This document shows, piece by piece, positions 56,430 to 64,000 of a stretch of 64,000 nt of DNA (position 1 is the stretch's first letter; each line of letters starts with the position of its first letter). Origin of the DNA: Eledone cirrhosa (Eukaryota); contig OZ024747.1 in the NCBI GenBank assembly GCA_964016885.1, forward strand, positions 6,448,001 through 6,512,000, in the 5' to 3' direction. A program made the translations under genes and the position numbers. The notes under the pieces were generated by a model. That model searched no databases. It worked only from the letters and a program-made list of their open reading frames with translations, and had not been told where the DNA came from.

Positions 56430-56520
56430 GGGGGGTACGCATGAATATGTATATGTATTCATGCATATATATATATGTGTGTGTTGTGTATATGAATATG
56501 TATATTTATTCATGCACATA

Positions 56521-56618
<98 letters not shown>

Positions 56619-57321
56619 TGTGTGTGTGCGTGTGCATACGTGTGTGTGTTTGTGAGTTTGTTTTGATTTTCTTTCTTGTTTTAGTTTCTTTGCTTTGCTG
56701 TATTTCTTAAAGAATTGAGTAGAAAAACATTTCAGACGTCCAATAATTAGAATTCTATTTGCTAAAACTCGTTAAAATGAAGTTTACAGAGTCTCGTTGT
56801 ACGTGGTTCCAGCCGAGACATGTCTATAATTACTATGTGTGTGTGTGTCTGTCTTCTCTGTCGGTCTGTCTGTGTGTGTGTATGTCTGTCTGTGTCTGCC
56901 TGTATGTGTGTGTGTCTGTCTGTCTGTGTGTGTGTGTGTATGTATGTCTGTCTGTCTCTGCCTGTGTGTGTGTGAGAGAGAGAGAGGGAGAAAGAGAGAG
57001 TATGTGTGTGTGGGGGAGAGAGAGAGAGATAGAAAGAGAGAGCGTGTGTGTGTATGTGTGTGGTTAAAATGATTTTTCAATTGTGATTTGAGATTTACAG
57101 TTCAGTAAATTTCAATGAGAAGTCATGTTATGTAGTGTTACGTCACTGCCATTTCAACGGGTTAGTCATATATTTCCCCTACACTAGTCATACGTATTTC
57201 AACCGTAAATTAGTCCTAAACCTGCGTAGCTTGCTGGTTACTCTTCACCTTACGACCGTAACGATCGTCAGTTCGATACCGACGGTGCGTTCACCAAAAC
57301 TCTTTATTTTCAACATTGCTC

Positions 57322-57950
57322 TAGTGGTGATGGTGGTGGTGGTGGTGGTGGTGGTGGTGGTGTGGTGGTGGTGGTGGTGGTGGTGGTGGTGGTGATGGTA
57401 CTGGTGGTGGTGGTGGTGGTGGTGGTGATGGTGGTGGTGGTGGTGGTGGTGGTGGTGGTGGTGGTGGTGGTGGTGGTGGCAGTGGTGGTGGTGGTGGTGG
57501 TGGTGGTAATGGTGGTGGTGATGGTGGTGGTGATGGTGGTGGTGGTGGTGGTGGTGGTGGTGGTGGTGGTGGTGGTGGTGGTGGCAGTGATGGTGATGGT
57601 GGTGGTGGTGGTAGTGATGGTGGTGGTAATGGTGGTGGTAGTGGTGGTGGTGGTGATGGTGGTGGTAATGGTGGTGGTGATGGTGGTTGTGGTGGTGATG
57701 GTGATGGTGGTGGTGGTGGTAGTGATGGTGGTGGTAATGGTGGTGGTAGTGGTGGTGGTGGTGATGGTGGTGGTAATGGTGGTGATGATGGTGGTGGTGG
57801 TGGTAGTGATGGTGGTGGTAATGGTGGTGGTAGTGGTGGTGGTGGTGATGGTGGTGGTAATGGTGGTGGTGATGGTGGTTGTGGTGGTGGTAGTGATGGT
57901 GGTAGTGATGGTGGTGGCAGTGGTGGTGGTAGTGGTGGTGGTGGTTGTGG
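57322..57950. repeat. (GGT)n compound microsatellite
   Basis: Triplet array with gat/aat/agt variants. Confidence 0.95.
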
Positions 57951-58019
57951 TTCTCTAGAAATGATCTGCCGGCTTGTCCCTTGTAGAGGAGAGACACTAC
58001 TATTAGGTAGACGGTGAAG

Positions 58020-58364
58020 GTTGTTCAAATTCTGCCGGGGGTCAATATTACCTTTCATCCTATCCAGGTCAATAAAATAAAATACCAGTCAATTACTGTG
58101 ATCGATATATCGACTTTCCTTTTACATCTACCAAATTGCTGGCCTTGTGAAAAAAAACCATTATTATTGGGGCGGTGCATTGGCAGTATCGGTAGAGGGT
58201 CGGACGCCATTCTTTGACGCATAGAGTTCCGGCCCTTTCCATTCTGAGTTCAAATCCCGCAGAGGTTAACTTTGCCTTTCATCCTTACGGGATCGATAAA
58301 ATAAAGTACCAGTAATGTACTGAGTAATTGCTGGCCTTGTGCCAAAAGTAGAAACAATTATTAT
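58020..58364 (+). mobile_element. Old SINE 1 relative followed by a full-length SINE 1 (58170-58364)
   Basis: Two consecutive consensus matches. Confidence 0.85.
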
Positions 58365-59104
58365 TGAAATAAAAGTTTTGAACCACCACTTCAGAAACTA
58401 TGTAGAGAAAAGAGTGTAACTGAAGCTATCTAAGTGTATTGGAATGTTGTATTGTGGAGAGTTGAGCGGATAAACAGCCGAACACACAATTATATAGTTT
58501 TTTGCAGCACACGCCCAGAATTTGGTGTAAATGGGTTAATGTGTAATTCCAAGGCTTTTCTGAAAGAAGCGACATATTATTACTTAGTGGCTTTGAATTT
58601 GTGTTTATAAATTCAAAGTGAATTATCAGGGTCATTAGAATGTCAGATAGAACGCTTCCTGGTCAGAGTTCAAATCCCACTGAGGTCAATTTTGCCTTTC
58701 ATCATTTTGAGGTCGATAAATATAGTGCCAGTAAAGTACTGGAATCGATTTTGCCTCTGTTTCATTTTCTCGCTCTTTCTGATTCACTGGAATGAATTGG
58801 TTTTGTTCAGACCTGGAAAAGGATGGCTTCTACCATGTTTAAAATTCCTAAGACAGCGTCCCTATGAATATACTAGGATTTAAGGACTCAGATCTTTAGA
58901 CCTGCACAAAATCGCAGCCAAATGTTCCTCAAATACTACCTTATCGTTTTATAAACGGTTAAAAAAAAACTGATCTGCTTTTTAAGTGTATACATTTATT
59001 ATTTCAAATTTTCAAAATACAGTTACAATATTATGACAAAAAGGGAAATGGGGAAAGAAACAAAAAAAGGGAGATAGGGGAACAGACTTTACACCCTTGT
59101 CTAA

Positions 59105-59372
59105 GTCTAAAGTCTGTCTTAAGCCAGAAGGCTCATTTGGCCGGTGCTTATCCCGGTTTCATGGTGTGAAGCGACTGAGAGTACAAGACTCCCCCCTGGA
59201 CAGGACGCCAGTCCATCGCAGGGTTAAACCTCCAGCTATTGCTGGTACTCATTTTCAGCTGAGTAAACTGGAGCAACGTGAAATGAAGTGTTTTGCTCAA
59301 GAACACAACACGTAACCCAGGAATCGAACCCACGACATTATGATCGTAAGTCGAACACCCTTACCACTATGT
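59105..59372 (-). mobile_element. SINE family 2 head with MetaSINE-like body (tail d)
   Basis: aaccctgcgatggactggcgtcctgtccagggggag...gtcgcttca...gaaaccgggataagc. Confidence 0.7.
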
Positions 59373-60407
59373 CACTTACACCCTTGATTGAACAGTGTCT
59401 GTCAGTTGCCCTCCGTGGACAAGATGACGAAAGCATTGCCATGGAGAACAGTTGCGATGCCCGCTACATCAATCATTCCAGCTCATGGTACTCCTTTCTC
59501 AGATGTAATGATACCTGCCTATTGATTTGATGGAGCCGAGGACACCAAAAGTTTCGAAGGCAGCCGGCAAATCAATTAAAAAACAAATTAATCTATCAAT
59601 ATCTGGTGTTTAGACACCTTCCGCCGCCGCCGCCTCACTTTGTGGCCAAAGCAATGAAGTTGCCTCATTTTTAACCTTTCTTTACTGTTTATGTTTGATT
59701 TTTGTTATTTCTGTTATATTCTTATAGAGAGGATAAACTAATTATTGATATTGTTGTTGATGTTGCAGTTGCTGCTGGCGTTGTTGTTGTTGTTTTTGTT
59801 GGTCTTATTAATACTGTTGTTGTTGTTGTTGTCGGTGGTGGTAATGGTGGTGGTGGTAGTGGTAGTGGTGGTACGGTGGTAGTGGTGGTGGTGATGGTAG
59901 TGGTGGTGATAATAGTTGTAGTGGTGGTGGTGGGGGGGTAATGGTGGTGGTGGTGGTGGTGATAATAGTTGTAGTGGTGGTGGGGGGGGGGGGGTAATGG
60001 TGGTGGTGGTGGTGGTGGTGATAATAGTTGTAGTGGTGGTGGTGGTGGTGGTGGTGGGGTAATGGTGGTGGTGGTGGTGGTGGTGGGGTAATGGTGGTGG
60101 TAGTGGTGGTGGTGGTAGTGGTAGTGGTGGTGGCGGTGGTAGTGGTAATGGTGGCAATGGTGGTGGTGTTGGTGGTGGTAGTGGTGGTGGTGGTGGTAGT
60201 AGTGGTGGTGATGGTGGTGGTCTCGTTATCATTAATTTTTATGAATTTTTGTTTTGTTTTTTCTACATGTTTATTTGTATGTTTTGCAAATGATAGTAAG
60301 GCGTGGTTCGCATGGTGTTAGCAGTATTGAGTGGCGGTGAGAGGAGGTTTAAACCCGCAGAAGTCAGTTAGTCAGTTAAACAGGCGTCAAAACGTCTGAA
60401 AGCCGTC

Positions 60408-60476
<69 letters not shown>

Positions 60477-60598
60477 GGAACTGTAACTCAGAAATTTCGG
60501 GACGAGACACTCCCATTTCACTGCCGATAGTTATTACTACTGCTGCTGTTGCTGCTGTTACTGTTGCTGCTGTTGTATAGGTATATGTGTGTCTCAGC

Positions 60599-60636
<38 letters not shown>

Positions 60637-60640
<4 letters not shown>

Positions 60641-61215
60641 CTTAGTGGCTAAGGTATTCGTCTCACGGTAGTAAGATAGAGAAGACGTTTCCCCGAAGGA
60701 TGGTTAGGGAGATGCGCTGGAAGAGCCATTCGAACTCGCGAGGCTCGCCACACCTGCGGGTAGCAAACTCCGCACCGATGGGGTTGAGTAGGGAAGTAAT
60801 CCTAGGGCCAAGGACACTAGAAGTCTCCACTGCTACGGGCTCGACCGCAAACCTGTCGGAGAGCGACCGATATTTGGAGAGTTTACCCTCCACGACCCGA
60901 AGTGCAACAGAGCCTGGATAAGTTGCAGACTGCAGCAGGTTGCCGCTGGAGAAAGTGATAGATTATTAGTTCAATTTACTGTGGTTGTGTTGTATCCTTG
61001 AGCAAGACACTTTATTTCACGTTGCTTCAGTACACTCAACTGGTAAAAACGAGTCATACCTGTATTTCAGGGAGCAGTCATGTCACACCCCATGTCATGC
61101 GGAATCTCCTTGAGACTTACGTTAAGGGTACACGTGTTTGGGGAATGTCAATTTCATGAGCAGGCTGTTCCGTTGGTCAGACAACTGAAACAGTCATCGT
61201 CAGAACCAACGGATG
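60637..61215 (+). mobile_element. SINE family 2 interrupted in its tRNA-like head
   Basis: Head at 60637-60675; body resumes at about 60960 with gttcaatt...ccttgagcaagacactt. Confidence 0.75.
60670..60960 (-). mobile_element. CRE-like non-LTR retrotransposon RLE endonuclease fragment
   Basis: KLSKYRSLSDRFAVEPVAVETSSVLG...GEPREFEWLFQRISLTILRGNVFSIL matches KxxKY...P.AxET.G...QRxS...RGN. Confidence 0.82.
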
Positions 61216-61593
61216 TCCAGCAATATGGCCGTTTGACCGTCTGCTACTGTAACGGAAGTCCAGCAATGTGACGGTTTGACCGTCTCCTATTGTAACGGAT
61301 GTCCGACAATATGGCCGTTTGACCGTCTTCTACTGTAACGGAAGTCCAGTAATATGGCCGTTTGACCGTCTGCTACTGTAACAGATGTCCAGTAATATGG
61401 CCGTTTGACCGTCTCCTACTGTAACGGATGTCCGACAATATGGCCGTTTGACCGTCTCCTACTGTAACGGATGTCCGACAATATGGCCGTTTGACCGTCT
61501 GCTACTGTAACGGATGTCCAGTAATATGGCCGTTTGACCGTCTGCTACTGTAACGGATGTCCAGTAATATGGCCGTTTGACCGTCTGCTACTA
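61209..61593. repeat. 43-bp minisatellite, about 9 units
   Basis: Unit acggatgtccagtaatatggccgtttgaccgtctgctactgta, starting at the SINE 2 tail. Confidence 0.95.
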
Positions 61594-62644
61594 CAACCTC
61601 GGGGTCACTAATTCGTTTGAATGAAATTTGATAGACCGCCATTTTTTTTTTCTTTCTTTCTATTTTTAAATCTCTCCCTGTTTATAAATACGTTGGATTG
61701 ATAAGGTTATCTCCACTATCATCATCATCATCCTCCTCCGCCACCCTTCCTCTTCATCTCTATTGTCACAATCATCGTAAGTCACTTCCACCACCACCAC
61801 CACCAACAACAACAACAGCAGCACTACTATCATCCCAACTAGCACACCTACCACACCCTTTACTGCCGCCGCCACAACAACCACTACACTCACTATCGCC
61901 ATCACCACTGCCACCACCAAAACCGCCATCAGCGCCACCACCACCATCACCCCCACTACCGCCGCCACAACCACCATCACCCCTACCACCACCACCACCA
62001 CCACCGCCGTCACCATCTCCACCAACAACAACAACGACACCAACACCACCACCTACAACTACCACCACCACCTACAACTACCACCTCACTACCACCACCT
62101 CACTACCACCACCCCACTACCACCACCACCACCACCTACAACCACCACCACCACCTACAACCACCACCACCACCACCACCACCACCACCTACAACCACCA
62201 CCACCACCTACAACCACCACCACCACCTACAACCATCACCACCACCACCACTACAACCAGCACCACCAAAACTACCACCACCACCACCACCACTAAAACT
62301 ACCAACACCACCACCACCACCACCACCGCCACCGCCGCCACCACCACCACTACTACCACCATCACCAATGGAAGAGAGACTCACAGCTCTGCGCTTGGTT
62401 TGCTCGTTGCTGGCAATGTTTGTGTTAAACGCTCAGAAACAAGGTTTTATAATTGTAGATTGACTGTGGAAGTCTCGGAGGTATTCGCAGGAAGGAAAGG
62501 TACATACGACCTACTGACAACAACAACAACAACAACAACAACAACAGCAGCCATGACAACAGGAGCAATACCAACAACAGCAATAACAACAACAGCAATT
62601 ACCACAACAGCAACAGCAATAACAACAATATATATATATGTGTA

Positions 62645-62716
<72 letters not shown>

Positions 62717-62989
62717 TGTGTGTGTGTCGGGTCATTCTTGAGTGCTAATGGTAACCTGTAACCCAGTACAACCTGTCACATGGTCGGGTCGTCGGCGACT
62801 AAACCGGCAACCCCACCAAGTTTACTTGGTGAGGAGGGGGATTTTGGACACTCTGCAGGACAAATAACAAAACCTGACAAAGCGTGGAAGAACTCATAAG
62901 AGTCAATGGCCATCCAAATATGTGTAAATATGTATATACACGTATGCATGTGTTTATATGTTTATATATGTATGCATGTGGATGTATAT

Positions 62990-63303
62990 GCGCGGTTAAA
63001 CCACTGTTAGTGAAGGACATCCTAGCCTTTGTCAGGGCATTCTTCTAGGAGAAAGCAACTCAGGTAATTGGGATAACTACGACATAAAACTTGCGGCTTA
63101 GTAGTTACTGATGATGTTGATCTTTTCTTCTTTTCGGGTTATAGCTACTGTCGCTCAGAGAGTGGGATTGGCTCAGTGCACAGTCTTTCCTCAGTGTAAA
63201 AAAAATCTTCACGCGCAGGCATTGCACGATAGAATTAATTGATAACTATCAATAATGTTATATCGTGCAATGGCCATACTCGATAACGAGGGGGCAGCCA
63301 TCA
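62990..63303 (+). mobile_element. About 310-bp dispersed repeat, copy 2
   Basis: Homologous and co-terminal with 15775-16087. Confidence 0.7.
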
Positions 63304-63324
63304 TATATATATATATATATTTCA

Positions 63325-63690
63325 AAACATCAGTGTGAGATTAATAGGAAAACATCCTGTTTGAAACATGAAGGCATCACACACAAAGAAACACACAATA
63401 GAGAAAGACCTTACCAATGTGAAATACGTAAAAACGTGGAAAATATTTTGTCCTTAACAGTATTATAACAAAATTCAAAATAATAAGTTCTGAAGGAAAA
63501 AAACTGATTCACTGTGAAATATGTGGGAAATCTTTCATTGAGAATTTCAAACTTGTTATCCAGAAACGGCGTCAAACTGGAGAAAAAATAGCCGCCATTG
63601 TAAAATATGTGGGAAATATACGTTTATCATTTTACATTATGTTAAAGACGTACAAAAGAAATACACACTCAGAGAAATTGAATATACATT
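63325..63690 (+). pseudogene. Decayed C2H2 zinc-finger array
   Basis: HQCEI, THNRERPYQCEI, IHCEICGKSF...RRQTGEK*, HCKICGK; lost Cys/His ligands, stops and frameshifts. Confidence 0.75.
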
Positions 63691-63730
63691 TGGTTTTATT
63701 TATGTGTGTTGGTATGTCTGTATGTATGTT

Positions 63731-63785
<55 letters not shown>

Positions 63786-63789
<4 letters not shown>

Positions 63790-64000
63790 GATTTTAATAA
63801 ATAGAAACTATATTTATAAAACCATATTTATTTCATTATACATATTTCAGCGATACCAAATTAAATTATGGTATGCCTTCATCAGACAAAATACAATATA
63901 TAACAGTTTTACAAATAATCTTTGACGTACCCTTTTAAAATGCAACCATTATTTTTGGAAGCCATCTACTCCAAATACTTGTCGAGTGCTTTATATCAGT
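63786..64000. mobile_element. Family B insert with 5' inversion
   Basis: 63786-63963 is antisense and 63964-64000 sense relative to 40450-40725. Confidence 0.8.
63830..63892 (-). ncRNA. Minimal type I hammerhead motif (family B)
   Basis: attttgt-CTGATGA-aggcatacca...tggtatcgct-GAAA-t-atgt-a-TA-atgaaat; one extra stem II mismatch. Confidence 0.65.

Overview
Repeat-saturated, AT-rich eukaryotic genomic DNA. The SINE families, microsatellite load and a decayed C2H2 zinc-finger array suggest an octopod cephalopod (inference). Nearly all ORF-track entries are microsatellite translation artefacts. Recognisable coding remnants come from transposons (L1/Tx1, CRE-like RLE, RTE, CR1-like, Helitron PIF1), plus a C2H2-ZNF pseudogene and a few candidate + strand exons of unidentified host gene(s). 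The main signal is a set of short non-coding inserts sitting between (TA)n runs. They belong to several distinct families, and many are fold-back palindromes with arms from about 10 to 368 bp. At least four to five families carry minimal type I hammerhead-ribozyme motifs of the kind known from Penelope-like elements. These show covarying stem II pairs, a C.C mismatch shared across families, a U3-A8 core variant and a variant with a roughly 115-nt stem II. All structures were derived by eye; ribozyme activity and family names are untested.
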